A stretch of DNA of 64,000 nt, taken from an uncultured archaeon. Its GTDB lineage: Archaea; Asgardarchaeota; Lokiarchaeia; Sigyniarchaeales; SOKP01. The DNA is taken from contig CAZALK010000004.1 of assembly GCA_964486045.1 (NCBI GenBank), positions 32,001 through 96,000 of the forward strand. Reading direction: 5' to 3'. The notes under the pieces are model-generated. The model was not told the origin of the DNA, ran no database searches, and was given only the letters and a program-made list of their open reading frames with translations. Position 1 is the first letter of the stretch. The number at the start of each line of letters is the position of its first letter. The position numbers were made by a program, and so were the translations under genes. Shown one piece after another: positions 10,093 to 20,762 of the stretch.

Positions 10093-11566
10093 AAATTCCT
10101 TGAATATTTTTCAGTAGAACTCTATTGATTTTAAATAAAAATTCTAATAATATTTTTAATTTTTCTGCATTATCCTCCATTATTGGTTTATGATCAGTAC
10201 TGAAAAATGAATGAGCGCTCGAATCGCCCATTTCCTTAAATATTTCCAAGTAATCAACTGTATTTTGCGGTATAGGACCTACCAAAGCTTTAAACTTTTC
10301 TTCATTAATCATCCTATTGAAATTTAACCTTAATTCACTAAAAGGGAGAAATTTACCGTTTCTGTAAAACGTTTCTACGTTTTTAATTGAATAATATGCT
10401 CTTAAACAATCTATTAGTTGGTTTTCAAGTAATTTTCTTACTAATACATAAGCACAATCATAATAACCTTTATTATATGTATTATTGATAGAAGTAATTA
10501 TTTTTTTATAATCATCATCTATAGAGATTGAAGGATTGATTAAGACACGGAATTCTAACGTTTCGGAATCATGATCATCTTCTATTAATTCAGCCCTTTG
10601 ATCTTCAAATTCCTGGAAGTATCTTGGAGATCCAAAAGATTTTTGGAAGTCAACGATATAATTTTCATTAAATTTTTCCCAATATATTTTTATTTCAAAA
10701 TTGGGGTCACAATCATATTTACTAAAATCTATATCGAAAGGAATTTCATAGTAATCATTATGAATGATAGTAGCTTCTTTAGTTTCAAAATCAATTAAAA
10801 ATTCTTCCGTTCCACATAATGATTCATTCTCATAGTTTGGTTTAGAAAAAATTCGGAAGAAGATTTTTGATCCAAAAAAAATTTTATGAAAATCTACTTT
10901 TCCTGATAATATACCCTTTTCGGAATTAAGCTCTTTAATTCTTACATAAATAGGTAAAATAATAGAAACATATAAACCATTTTGGGAGCCATATCCATCA
11001 AGTTGCATGACTCGGTTGATAATATTATAAATATTATCCTCTCCTAGAAGTCTAACTTCTTCGTTTAGATAAATATTAAATCTATTATGATGTTCATTTC
11101 GATCGGGAGTACTATAATAATAATTAATGATATTATGATGTTTAACCTCATTTTCAGTGAGAAGGAGTCTTGCTGTTTTAGTGTTATAAATCGATCTGAA
11201 ATCATCAAGAAAAGATTCTCTATATTCTTCATATTTATTATTATCATAATAAAACTCATCGGTATCATATATTTCTATGTCTTCATTAATCTCATCATAT
11301 ATCTCAATAATTATTTCCTCCCATCCGGAGACATCAATAACTTCATATATGATCTTAAGATTTTTGATGTTGAATTTCTTTAATTCCAAGTCAATGAATC
11401 TTCTTTTAATGTCATCTGCATTTTCATTAGAAAATCTTAATACGGTAAGAATTCGGTTCCAGATTCCATCTTTTCTATATAATACACATCTGAAGTCAAT
11501 GTATTTGTAAGAGTCTTTAAGTAGTTCCAATGTTTGATGAATACCAAGTTTAATCTGTTTGAACAT
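10088..11566 (-). CDS. Hypothetical protein with C-terminal HEPN/DUF4145-like helical domain
   Basis: YYDCAYVLVRKLLEN...GDSSAH; stop codon lies inside the array site. Confidence 0.6.
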   Translation of the reverse strand: MFKQIKLGIHQTLELLKDSYKYIDFRCVLYRKDGIWNRILTVLRFSNENADDIKRRFIDLELKKFNIKNLKIIYEVIDVSGWEEIIIEIYDEINEDIEIYDTDEFYYDNNKYEEYRESFLDDFRSIYNTKTARLLLTENEVKHHNIINYYYSTPDRNEHHNRFNIYLNEEVRLLGEDNIYNIINRVMQLDGYGSQNGLYVSIILPIYVRIKELNSEKGILSGKVDFHKIFFGSKIFFRIFSKPNYENESLCGTEEFLIDFETKEATIIHNDYYEIPFDIDFSKYDCDPNFEIKIYWEKFNENYIVDFQKSFGSPRYFQEFEDQRAELIEDDHDSETLEFRVLINPSISIDDDYKKIITSINNTYNKGYYDCAYVLVRKLLENQLIDCLRAYYSIKNVETFYRNGKFLPFSELRLNFNRMINEEKFKALVGPIPQNTVDYLEIFKEMGDSSAHSFFSTDHKPIMEDNAEKLKILLEFLFKINRVLLKNIQGIS

Positions 11567-11649
11567 AATTATAGTAAAAATCTATATTAAAATACAATTT
11601 CCTTTTTTCATGAATGAGAGTATCAAAATTTGGTAAAATTATGATAATC

Positions 11650-11662
11650 TAACCGTTTCACG
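11650..11662 (+). repeat. Array site TAACCG-TTTCACG
   Basis: Exact 13-mer. Confidence 0.85.
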
Positions 11663-11771
11663 ATCTTACTTCATTTCTTTTCAGAATTGTAAAAATTTAA
11701 ATTTAAATAATTTATCATAAAATCATCATCAGATATGAAATCTTAGTAATAAATAAAATTGAGTAGATAAT

Positions 11772-14327
11772 ATGCTTCTAAAAGATATACCTCATGAATT
11801 TTTTAACATAAATGCCGACTCTGTAAAATTTAACGATATAAAAAAGTATATTAATATTAGCCTTTCAGAGGATTTAGTCAATAACATAATGAAAACCCCA
11901 CATGTAGTACTTTCTGGAACATTTGGTATGGGGAAAACAACCATCTTTAAATACTTGGAAAATAGATACATCAATGAATTCGAAGATGAAAAACTACTAC
12001 CTATTTTTCTGCAATTCACTATTCATGATTTTCAACAAATAGTTCGATTTAAAATTGAGCATAGTCTAAGGATTGAATATTTTACTAGAGCTCTATTACT
12101 TACTATTGTAAATAGAATAAAGAAGGTATTAAAAGTAAAAAATTACGCAATTATTCAAGAAAAGATTAAAAAAAAAGATCGAGAGAGAGTACTAGGAATA
12201 ATTGATGAATTTATTACTAAATCGAAAAAAAAATTAAATGATGTTCAAGAATTTATAAGAAAGAATTCAGCAAATTTGGAATTTGATGTAAAATTTTTCA
12301 AAGCTAACAAGGGTAAAAGTGATGTGGAAACACTTAACAGATATTCGGTTATACCAACAGAAATATTTCATGAGTTCCAAGAACTTATTGAAGAAGCCAT
12401 TGATTATCTTGAAATTGAAAAATTTATTTTTTTATTTGATGAAGCCTTTGCTATATATAGAAATTATGGAATGGAACTTTATACTTTATTTTTAGCTTCT
12501 ATGAAAGGGCTAAAATCGGCATTAGCTGAATATATTGAATTGAAGATATCTATTTTACCATACCCTAAACCTCCTAAAAACACATACTTCAGAATTAAAG
12601 AAGATTTTTATCAATATACAATTCAATATATTAATTTATATAAAGATGATCAAGGTAAAATCATAAATTTTTATAAAAAACTATTATTTGCGAGATTCGA
12701 ATATTTTAAAGATAATTTAGATATAGAAAGTTTACCTTCTTCACCTGATGAATTAATCAATCAGATTTTTGAACGGGATGCATGGTTGGCAATAGTATAT
12801 GGAAGTATGGGTATACCACGTCACTTTTTCTTATTACTAAAACAAATAAGAGATGAAAATTTTGAAAGAAAAGTCTCTATAGAAGATGTTGTTGAATCTA
12901 TGTTTGAATTAGCTAATACTTTAGAAGATGCTATAGAGTCGGAAACTAATAAAAAAATTTTAAAAGATCTACGGAAAGATCTTGATAATACTAACAAAAG
13001 AAGGAAATTGCCAAACTTTATCTTTACTTTATTTATTGCTTATCCTAGAAAAATGGAATTTATTGGAGGTATAGAAGAACTAGTCAGAAATAATCTCTTA
13101 ATATTATGTCAAGAAAGAATCTCATTTGATAATAAAGAAACTAGGGAAAAATTAGGAGGGGATAACTATGGATTGCTGTTTGCTCTTAATATTTGTTATG
13201 GTTATAAGGAAAAACTATTTAAAGGTCGTGGTGGTGGACCTATAGGTTTAAGGAACTTGACTAACTATTTCCAATATTTAAATCTACATTCATCCTCCAA
13301 AAAATATCGATCAAAAATACGAGATTTTATTCCAGGTCAAGAAATTATTGATGAGGATGAATTTTTACCACTTCCAAGAGATAGTAAAGATGCGATTATT
13401 AAAAAAGCAAAAGAAAGTTTAGAAGAATTATTAGCTGAAACAGAAGAGATTAAAGTAAACAATATTGAGACTAAAGAGATTATAATAGATTCAGAGGTTT
13501 CTCTTCCAGCGGGATATAAAACTACCTATAAAATAATCAAGAAAATAGTATTCAAGAATGGAGTAAATAATAAAAGTCTTGATGATTTACAAGATAAACT
13601 GCGTTATCATAATGCCCAAATGACATCTGATATCGAATTAGCACTCAGATATTTAATGTTATTATATGAAAATGAATATGAACTATTCTCTTCTCTTTGG
13701 TTGAAAAATGAACTTCAACATATGGCTATGAATATGGGATTAGCAAAATCAGGTAAAAAAAGTGATATTTCGTTTAGAATAATAAAAAAAATAGAAAAGA
13801 ATGAAGTCAGTAAAGAACTCGCAGAAAAAAATCAAAATAATGAAAAAGATAAATTAAAGACAGTAGACATTAAAAGGGATCATTCTAATATAAAAAGCGA
13901 ATTTCAAGAATTCTGGATAGGATTATTAGAAAAATGTATAAATAAAACAGACATATTTAAAAATCGAAAAACGTCAAAAGATATCTTTGTTTGTACAAGA
14001 ATTGAAGGTTTCGTATATTGTTATGCTGTTCAAAGAAGCAAAAAAACGGTTTCTGTTGAATTGTACATCGATGTTGGTGATAAAAGCAAAAATAAGGCTA
14101 TTTTTGAATACCTTATAAAGAAGAAAGATGACATCGAGAAACAGTTTGGGGATTTTTTGATTTGGAAGAGATTAGATGAGAGGAGAGCATCAAGAATAGT
14201 ATATAGCATAGAAGAAATGAATTGGAATGAAAAAAAGAATTGGCCTATTATTCAAGATATTATGATTGATAATATGATTAAACTTAATATTGTCCTACAG
14301 AATTATACATTACAAATTGAATTGTAA
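11772..14327 (+). CDS. P-loop NTPase with SAP-like motif and C-terminal DUF4268-like domain
   Basis: GTFGMGKT, FLFDE; LKNELQHMAMNMGLAKSGKKSDISFRI; FQEFW...VELYID...LIWKRLDERRASRI. Confidence 0.7.
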   Translation: MLLKDIPHEFFNINADSVKFNDIKKYINISLSEDLVNNIMKTPHVVLSGTFGMGKTTIFKYLENRYINEFEDEKLLPIFLQFTIHDFQQIVRFKIEHSLRIEYFTRALLLTIVNRIKKVLKVKNYAIIQEKIKKKDRERVLGIIDEFITKSKKKLNDVQEFIRKNSANLEFDVKFFKANKGKSDVETLNRYSVIPTEIFHEFQELIEEAIDYLEIEKFIFLFDEAFAIYRNYGMELYTLFLASMKGLKSALAEYIELKISILPYPKPPKNTYFRIKEDFYQYTIQYINLYKDDQGKIINFYKKLLFARFEYFKDNLDIESLPSSPDELINQIFERDAWLAIVYGSMGIPRHFFLLLKQIRDENFERKVSIEDVVESMFELANTLEDAIESETNKKILKDLRKDLDNTNKRRKLPNFIFTLFIAYPRKMEFIGGIEELVRNNLLILCQERISFDNKETREKLGGDNYGLLFALNICYGYKEKLFKGRGGGPIGLRNLTNYFQYLNLHSSSKKYRSKIRDFIPGQEIIDEDEFLPLPRDSKDAIIKKAKESLEELLAETEEIKVNNIETKEIIIDSEVSLPAGYKTTYKIIKKIVFKNGVNNKSLDDLQDKLRYHNAQMTSDIELALRYLMLLYENEYELFSSLWLKNELQHMAMNMGLAKSGKKSDISFRIIKKIEKNEVSKELAEKNQNNEKDKLKTVDIKRDHSNIKSEFQEFWIGLLEKCINKTDIFKNRKTSKDIFVCTRIEGFVYCYAVQRSKKTVSVELYIDVGDKSKNKAIFEYLIKKKDDIEKQFGDFLIWKRLDERRASRIVYSIEEMNWNEKKNWPIIQDIMIDNMIKLNIVLQNYTLQIEL

Positions 14328-14366
14328 ATCTTTAATTTTTTATTACCGATGTTCTATCTTAATATT

Positions 14367-14379
14367 CGGTTATTTCACG
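14367..14379 (+). repeat. Array site CGGTTA-TTTCACG
   Basis: Exact 13-mer, 40 bp after the NTPase stop. Confidence 0.85.
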
Positions 14380-14538
14380 AAAAATTATTCAATATCTATT
14401 AGTTTTTAATAATTCTTTAAGATTTTACTGTGAAATTCACTCATAATTTATAATGTCTTGTGTATTAATTTCTTGTTTATTAAAAACTTATTTTAACCTT
14501 CTTCTCAAATTTGATTAAGATGATTATAGCCTATTACG

Positions 14539-14592
14539 TTTTGGTTTCACGAATTAACTAGATTATTTTAAATAAGCATTAACCGTTTCACG
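14539..14592 (+). repeat. Array site: extra arm (14545-14551) plus TAACCG-TTTCACG (14580-14592)
   Basis: Near copy of 4269-4322. Confidence 0.85.
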
Positions 14593-14624
14593 AATATAAT
14601 TGAATTTTATATTTTTGAATATAT

Positions 14625-15734
14625 TCAATTAGATTTATCCAATATCCGTTTTATTCCATCCTGTGTTGATTTCACATTAATAAATTTATTATAATAGTTT
14701 ACAAACTCATTATTATTCAAGACTTCATTCAAAATTTCTTTTTCTGTTTTATTATTAAACCATTGAAAAAATTCTTCAACAAATTCAAAAATAAGATCTT
14801 TATCTATACTAATACTTAATAGAGCAGCATCTACAGTTTTAATTAAAAGAATAATTTTCAGAAAATTCTCAAACACATCATCAATAGTCCATTCAACGGT
14901 TTCATAATTATAATTTTTAAACAAGACTTTAGTTTTATTGAAATCAGGTTTATATTCAATTTTAAAGTTTGAATGAAAAATTGAATTTCTGTATTCTTGG
15001 AAAACAGGATTTTGCCTAAGAATCCAAAACAGTTTACCTAATGTATAAGAATCTACGTCAAATTCTTTCCCCTGCAATAAGTTATCCAGTTTTAATATCA
15101 ACCTTAACACATTTTTTACATGACTTTCAATTATAAAGCTAAGTTTAATCAATAAATCAAATATAAATATCTCAAAATTTCTTTTATCATATTCTTTTAG
15201 AGAAGTCTTAAATTCCTCAAAATGCATCTTAAATAGAAGAATTGAAAAACTATTGGAATCGTCGTTATGTTTAACAAAAATTTCTCTTACAACTAAAAAA
15301 GAATTAATAATTTTCTCTATTTCAAATAAGTCTTTACTAACTCTTGAATACTCCTCAAGAATATTGCTTGAAATAACAGAATTCTTTTCTCGGGACTTTA
15401 AAATATATCCTACCAATTCATTATATAGATTAATATCAATTTCCCCTGATTTAAAAATGATCTTTTCAACACTATTAACTAGATTAAATATGAATTTATT
15501 TATCGAATCTTGAATATTATTATCCTTAAAACATCTAATAATTGCATTTATTTGTTCTCTGTTATTTTTAGAATTCATAAAATTAGACCAATAATTGAGA
15601 AATATTTTTTGTAAATCTGGATCTCCAAGAGTTTTTCTCCAACTATCAATGATATTTTCGATTATAGGATCCATTTCTTTGGAAATTTTATTTAAATCAA
15701 AGGTTACTAACAGTTTTTTACTCTTATCTAACAA
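14625..15734 (-). CDS. Putative HEPN-domain protein
   Basis: TLGKL...RNSIFH (RxxxxH). Confidence 0.55.
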   Translation of the reverse strand: MLDKSKKLLVTFDLNKISKEMDPIIENIIDSWRKTLGDPDLQKIFLNYWSNFMNSKNNREQINAIIRCFKDNNIQDSINKFIFNLVNSVEKIIFKSGEIDINLYNELVGYILKSREKNSVISSNILEEYSRVSKDLFEIEKIINSFLVVREIFVKHNDDSNSFSILLFKMHFEEFKTSLKEYDKRNFEIFIFDLLIKLSFIIESHVKNVLRLILKLDNLLQGKEFDVDSYTLGKLFWILRQNPVFQEYRNSIFHSNFKIEYKPDFNKTKVLFKNYNYETVEWTIDDVFENFLKIILLIKTVDAALLSISIDKDLIFEFVEEFFQWFNNKTEKEILNEVLNNNEFVNYYNKFINVKSTQDGIKRILDKSN

Positions 15735-15783
15735 TTCAGTTAGAGACCTTATTTAAACCACCTCAATTTCTATGTTGATTTTC

Positions 15784-16452
15784 CTAGAGATACCATTCAC
15801 CTTTTTCAGTAATATTGAAAAACCTATCTTTTCCTTTTATATTAGTGGAGATTTTTATTAACCCGAGTTCTCGTAGATTTTTCAGATACCTAGAAATCAA
15901 ACCTTTGCTGAATTTAGTTTGCTCAACTAATTCTCTTTGTGATATCTGTTCTATCTTTAAAATCAATAATAATTTCTTAAGGGGTGCAGATATAGGGATA
16001 GGTAAATAGATTTCCAATGGTTTTATCGGAAAATCCAATCCAGTATCCGTAGGGATATAATAGAATTTATCAATTAAATTCTCTGTAGCTGCGATAAAAT
16101 ACGAAGCAAATTTCCAAATCTGTATACCTGATGTTGCATTAAAATAAACTTTATATCCTTCTTTTTTAATCTCCCTTAATTTTTTTTTTAGTTTTTTTAT
16201 AAAACCTAACACATTTCTAGTTTCTATTCTTATTATTTCAATATTCTTTATGATTTTCAAATCTAGTTTTCTTTTTTCAGACAATTGAAAACCTAAGCTT
16301 AACTCGTTTTTTAAGCTATTAGCTAAGTCTAAATATTCCATATTTGGAGTTGTTAAAATTATCAGATAATTCCAATCATAGTATAACAAACCTTCTTTAA
16401 TCCAATCTGTATTTTTTCCTAACGCTGTTATATGGCAAAATAATTCATCCAT
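15784..16452 (-). CDS. CARF-like (DUF6293/Csa3-type) + winged-HTH transcriptional regulator
   Basis: Rossmann-like N-terminus with VYFNATSG; C-terminal SQRELVEQTKFSKGLISRYLKNLRELGLI...ITEKG. Confidence 0.65.
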   Translation of the reverse strand: MDELFCHITALGKNTDWIKEGLLYYDWNYLIILTTPNMEYLDLANSLKNELSLGFQLSEKRKLDLKIIKNIEIIRIETRNVLGFIKKLKKKLREIKKEGYKVYFNATSGIQIWKFASYFIAATENLIDKFYYIPTDTGLDFPIKPLEIYLPIPISAPLKKLLLILKIEQISQRELVEQTKFSKGLISRYLKNLRELGLIKISTNIKGKDRFFNITEKGEWYL

Positions 16453-16578
16453 ATTAAATCAATAAGTTTATAATTAAGGTGAATCTTTACATTATTAGTA
16501 AACTCATGTTATAAATAGTAATACTAATTTAAAAAGATTTTGAATATATAATTATATCAATGAAATCGGGTTCTACAA

Positions 16579-17868
16579 ATGAGTAACCAAAAAAATAAAG
16601 TAATAATATTTACGGCACCCCCCTCTAAAATAACTAATATTATCGGTGTTTCAGACACGAATTTTGTATCTTTAATAAATGGTGACAATCAAAATATAAT
16701 TTTTAAATTCATTAATCCTAAATCTAAGGACAATTTTTGTTTTTACATTGTAAAAGAGGGATTTTGCTTTCGCACCAACGGATCTCCTCTTGAAGATTTC
16801 CAACAGTATTCTGATACCGTTAAATTAGCAAGTGAGAAAGGTTTTGACTATTTAGAATTTTATTTTCATTCACAAATTTTAGAAATTGAAAACGCAAAAG
16901 ACTATAATGATTTTCTTCTAAGTGATTTTTATTCTCAAGATTATAATCATGATTATGATAGTGGTTATGATAATGATTATGATAGTGATAATATTCGTGT
17001 AAATGATGGATTTAGCCTTTATAAAGGTAGATACAAAGAATTTGCTGAAGCGAGGAGTAAAGGATTCATTAATAGAAAAGATTATCATTATGCAATAGAA
17101 TTAGGAATTCAAAATCATGTTTTTTTTAAAGAATTTATTGATAGTGGTTATACAGGGACATCCCGTGGAATTCGAGAAATGAAAAGAGATTATAAAATAT
17201 TTTTAAAGGCTAAAGAGAAAGGATTTTTAGATAAAGAAGATTATGAACTTGCAGAAGAACTTGGGATTAAAAATTATCAGGAACTAGAAGCATTCATGCA
17301 AAGTGGATTTTATGGTAGTGACAATTATTATAATACAGATAAATATGAAGAATTTAAAGAAGCTAAGGGATTAGGTTTTGACACTAAAAGTAGTTATGAC
17401 AAAGGCATGAATTTAGGATTAGATAATTATGATGCGTATAAAAACTTTTTAGAAAGTGGGTGTAAAACAGTTGAAGAATATCAATTTAAAATCATATTTC
17501 CACCAATACTCACTCAAAAAACAAACAAGATCAGAGAAATTTTAAATGATTCCAGTATAGCTTTCGATTCAATGAGCTATGAAGAATTTTTTCGACTAAA
17601 GTATCTATCTGTCGAAAAAATGGCAGAGATAGCCTATATGAAAATATTCAAAAAGGAATTAAACAAAGATAATGAATTGAAATTTGATGATATTATTAAT
17701 GAGTTAGATAAAAAGACAGAAAGTAAGCTTGTAGACTTAGAGGAATTAAGATTTTGGCGTAGATTGCGTAATAAAATTATACACGATCATTTTAAATTAG
17801 ATAAGGATAAGACAATTAAAGGTAAAGAATTTCTTGATGAGTTGTATAATAAATTAAACGAGTTATAA
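16579..17868 (+). CDS. Repeat protein with C-terminal HEPN motif
   Basis: Repeats A(K/R)xKGFxxxxDYxxAxELG; RLRNKIIH; 12-bp tandem repeat at 16939-16986. Confidence 0.6.
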   Translation: MSNQKNKVIIFTAPPSKITNIIGVSDTNFVSLINGDNQNIIFKFINPKSKDNFCFYIVKEGFCFRTNGSPLEDFQQYSDTVKLASEKGFDYLEFYFHSQILEIENAKDYNDFLLSDFYSQDYNHDYDSGYDNDYDSDNIRVNDGFSLYKGRYKEFAEARSKGFINRKDYHYAIELGIQNHVFFKEFIDSGYTGTSRGIREMKRDYKIFLKAKEKGFLDKEDYELAEELGIKNYQELEAFMQSGFYGSDNYYNTDKYEEFKEAKGLGFDTKSSYDKGMNLGLDNYDAYKNFLESGCKTVEEYQFKIIFPPILTQKTNKIREILNDSSIAFDSMSYEEFFRLKYLSVEKMAEIAYMKIFKKELNKDNELKFDDIINELDKKTESKLVDLEELRFWRRLRNKIIHDHFKLDKDKTIKGKEFLDELYNKLNEL

Positions 17869-17898
17869 ATTAAAGCAAAAATCAAGAGATTTATTATT

Positions 17899-18050
17899 CG
17901 GTTATTTCACGTATTTCTACAAAAACTATTCTAAAAATCATTATTCCCTGTATTTTAATGGTCACAGAATCAATTTATGTAAAAATTAGTTCTTAATTTT
18001 CAATAACTAGACGTTTAAATTTTAACTTTTAGTTCTGTAACCGTTTCACG
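17899..18050 (+). repeat. CGGTTA-TTTCACG (17899-17911), gene-free linker, TAACCG-TTTCACG (18038-18050)
   Basis: Two exact 13-mers 139 bp apart. Confidence 0.85.
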
Positions 18051-18759
18051 ATAAAAAAGAAGCCATAATGCAAATTTGATCTTCAATAATTTCTGTTCTA
18101 ATTCCTATAGAATTTAATTCATGAATCAATTTTTCTATATCTTGTTTTAAAATAATTGAGAATGGAGTATTCGTTCTTTTTATAGTTTTATAAACCATCA
18201 AAACTCTTTCTAAATTATAAAGGGTAAATACTAAATCACCAATTTGCTGAAAGAACTGTGCCCAATTAGTGTATAGCTCTATTTCTTCGTCATAATATTC
18301 AATATTTTTTAATTGATTACTACTTTCAAGATACCATATAGCAGAGTTATACATATCATTTCTTTTCCGATAAACAGTTCCTAAATTAGTTTTGATCTCA
18401 ATCTCTTTTCTAACATTATTTAAACCACTAGAAATTTGTAGAGCTTTTAGTAATAGTTCAAGAGACTCATCAGTTTCACCTTTTAGAAGTTTTACTCTTG
18501 CGAGATTATTCAAATGATGTGCCATGCTCACTAGAGACCCAGATTTGGCATCAAATCTCTTGATTTTATTTAAAAGTTTTTCAGCTTCTTCAATATCTCC
18601 TGAAATAATTAAGGAATCAGCTAAATTATTTAAAAATGTGGATTTATCCATGAAATCTCCTGAAATTTCTGAAATTCTATAAGCTTCATCAAAATCCTTT
18701 TTAGCTCTGTCGTACAATTCTAATCGGCTATGTATTAATCCCCTTGAATTTAATACCAT
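18046..18759 (-). CDS. TPR-repeat protein, probably 5'-truncated
   Basis: TPR-like helices (LNNLA, TNLG); frame stays open upstream of the Met without a start; stop lies inside the array site. Confidence 0.65.
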   Translation of the reverse strand: MVLNSRGLIHSRLELYDRAKKDFDEAYRISEISGDFMDKSTFLNNLADSLIISGDIEEAEKLLNKIKRFDAKSGSLVSMAHHLNNLARVKLLKGETDESLELLLKALQISSGLNNVRKEIEIKTNLGTVYRKRNDMYNSAIWYLESSNQLKNIEYYDEEIELYTNWAQFFQQIGDLVFTLYNLERVLMVYKTIKRTNTPFSIILKQDIEKLIHELNSIGIRTEIIEDQICIMASFLS

Positions 18760-18908
18760 TGCTTTTAATTTGTTGTTTTTATGATGCTTCAGAATATTGA
18801 ATGCTATATTTATGTATTTCTTTGCTTTCCTTAGATATCTGTAGAAAGTTCATTCCTCGTTTAAATTAAATGATAGCATATATACCGCTTTTGAACTCTT
18901 TTTATTTC

Positions 18909-19748
18909 TTAACTTCTAAGAAATTGGAAGAAATTTATAAATTCTTTAAAGATTCCTTCATAATTACCACTAAAGGTTGATATAGTTGATTTCAATGATA
19001 CAAAAATTTTTGGATCAATAATGTCTAAATAATAAGAAGACATAAAGGAATCCCATCCTTCATCAATTTCGGTTTCATTAATCTCCTGAAAGCCTTTCCA
19101 GTATCCCAAATATTTAAAAAAATCAATAAATCCGAATTTAAAAAATATTTAAATTCTATTCTTTTCAGAGAATGATTTAATAGCGTAGGACAACTTCCAA
19201 TAAGTTTGGTTAAGTTGATCCTTACATTCAGATATTAGAGTTTTCCTAAGATCATCATAGTTTGCTAATTGTTCCACTAGCTTTTTGCATGAGGCAAATT
19301 CATTAAGCACGTTTTTAAAATGCAGTTCCAAGAGGATTTTCTGATTATCAGGATTGTTTTTTAGTTCTTTAGATAATTTACTTAAATCAAAAGGATTGTT
19401 AAAATGGTTTAATTCATGAAAGACAGTTACAATAGTCTTATTAATGCTTGAACCATAAGCGCAAAAACAAGTTTTAGAATCCTTGAAAGAATCCATTAAT
19501 TCTTCTTTATTAATTTTTTTCCCCCATGCATATTCTTCGTGTTCCTCATAAACCAAGTCTTTTCTAATCTTAGGATGCTTTTTCATTTCTCTTACAATGG
19601 TACCATGTTTTATGATGTTAATTTCGATGACATCATCAAAATTAAAATTATTTAACATCTCAACTAATGTTTCTCGTTCCTTTTTAGGTATATCCAAATA
19701 ATTACACTTTTCATCAATATGACTGCCATTCCTATAATGGATTTTCAC
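18909..19748 (-). pseudogene. HExxH-containing protein split by a probable frameshift near 19150
   Basis: FHELNH; adjacent ORFs 19748-19149 and 19109-18909. Confidence 0.45.
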
Positions 19749-19766
19749 GTTCCTAAAAAACCTTTT

Positions 19767-20762
19767 TTATATTTGATTTAAAAAATTTAAGAAATTCTCC
19801 ATTTTAGAGAATAAGTTACATCCATATAGTTCACCTAATTTTGCTTGCTTTGCAATAGTAATAAAATAATTTTCTCCTAAAACAACATCCAAATATGAGA
19901 TTGGTACAACATAACTTACTATATCAATAAGATCATTAGGATCAATTTTTCTTTTAAGGTCTCGGTCTCGAAAACTTACCAGAGTCGAATGTGTAAAAAT
20001 TAATGGGAATTCTTGCATAAATTTGGCTTGCTTTCTACTATTTGTCATATCTTGTTGAAATGTATTTTTATATAATAAAAGATTTCTCACATCATCGGAC
20101 ATAGGTAACATTTTTTCCTCAATTTTATTTAGGTAATTCCTAATTTTTTTTATGAGAGCTATGAAATCATGTTTTATTAAATATCGCTCTCTTTCTTCAT
20201 CTGAATCCATTTGGAATAAGTCCTTTCTAGCTTCTTCTGCGTTTTGAACGTATTTTAATTGGAATTTATCATCTTTTTGTTTATATCTTTCAAATTCAAT
20301 TTTCATAAGATCAGGATAATATTCTTTTAATTTCTTATTTATTAATATTAAATTATCTGAGGTTATAGAATCAGATGTTACCTCTGGAGTTTCACCCATC
20401 ATAAATGGAAATCCCTTTCCGATGGCTATTTCTCTAATACTATTCTCGGGCTTTCTTAGCTTTCTCAAGAAATAGTTTTCGATTTCTAGTTCCTGTAAAT
20501 AAACCCAAGGAATAACAAAGAACTCTTCAGAAAGAGAGAGCATCAATTTAGATAAATCTTTTCTACTATCTTCATACTTTCTTTGTGAGGTTTCTATAGC
20601 TCTTTGGAGGTCTAGAACGATTTTAATTTTATTCTTGGATTTTAAGTCATTTAGCTTTTCTAAAACATCTTGAACCAAGCCATCCTTTAATTTTTTATAA
20701 AATACCTTCTCGAGTTTATCCCAGTGATTTTGGTCAATGTATATTATTAGAGGATCTATCAA
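19767..20762 (-). CDS. PIN-like domain protein
   Basis: IIYIDQNHW N-terminus; DPNDLID...DVVLGE near the C-terminus. Confidence 0.55.
   Translation of the reverse strand: MIDPLIIYIDQNHWDKLEKVFYKKLKDGLVQDVLEKLNDLKSKNKIKIVLDLQRAIETSQRKYEDSRKDLSKLMLSLSEEFFVIPWVYLQELEIENYFLRKLRKPENSIREIAIGKGFPFMMGETPEVTSDSITSDNLILINKKLKEYYPDLMKIEFERYKQKDDKFQLKYVQNAEEARKDLFQMDSDEERERYLIKHDFIALIKKIRNYLNKIEEKMLPMSDDVRNLLLYKNTFQQDMTNSRKQAKFMQEFPLIFTHSTLVSFRDRDLKRKIDPNDLIDIVSYVVPISYLDVVLGENYFITIAKQAKLGELYGCNLFSKMENFLNFLNQI

Noticed and set aside
17899-18050. Canonical integron attC sites
   Set aside because: Order is GTT...AAC rather than RYYYAAC...GTTRRRY, complementarity stops at 6 bp, and no IntI is in the window
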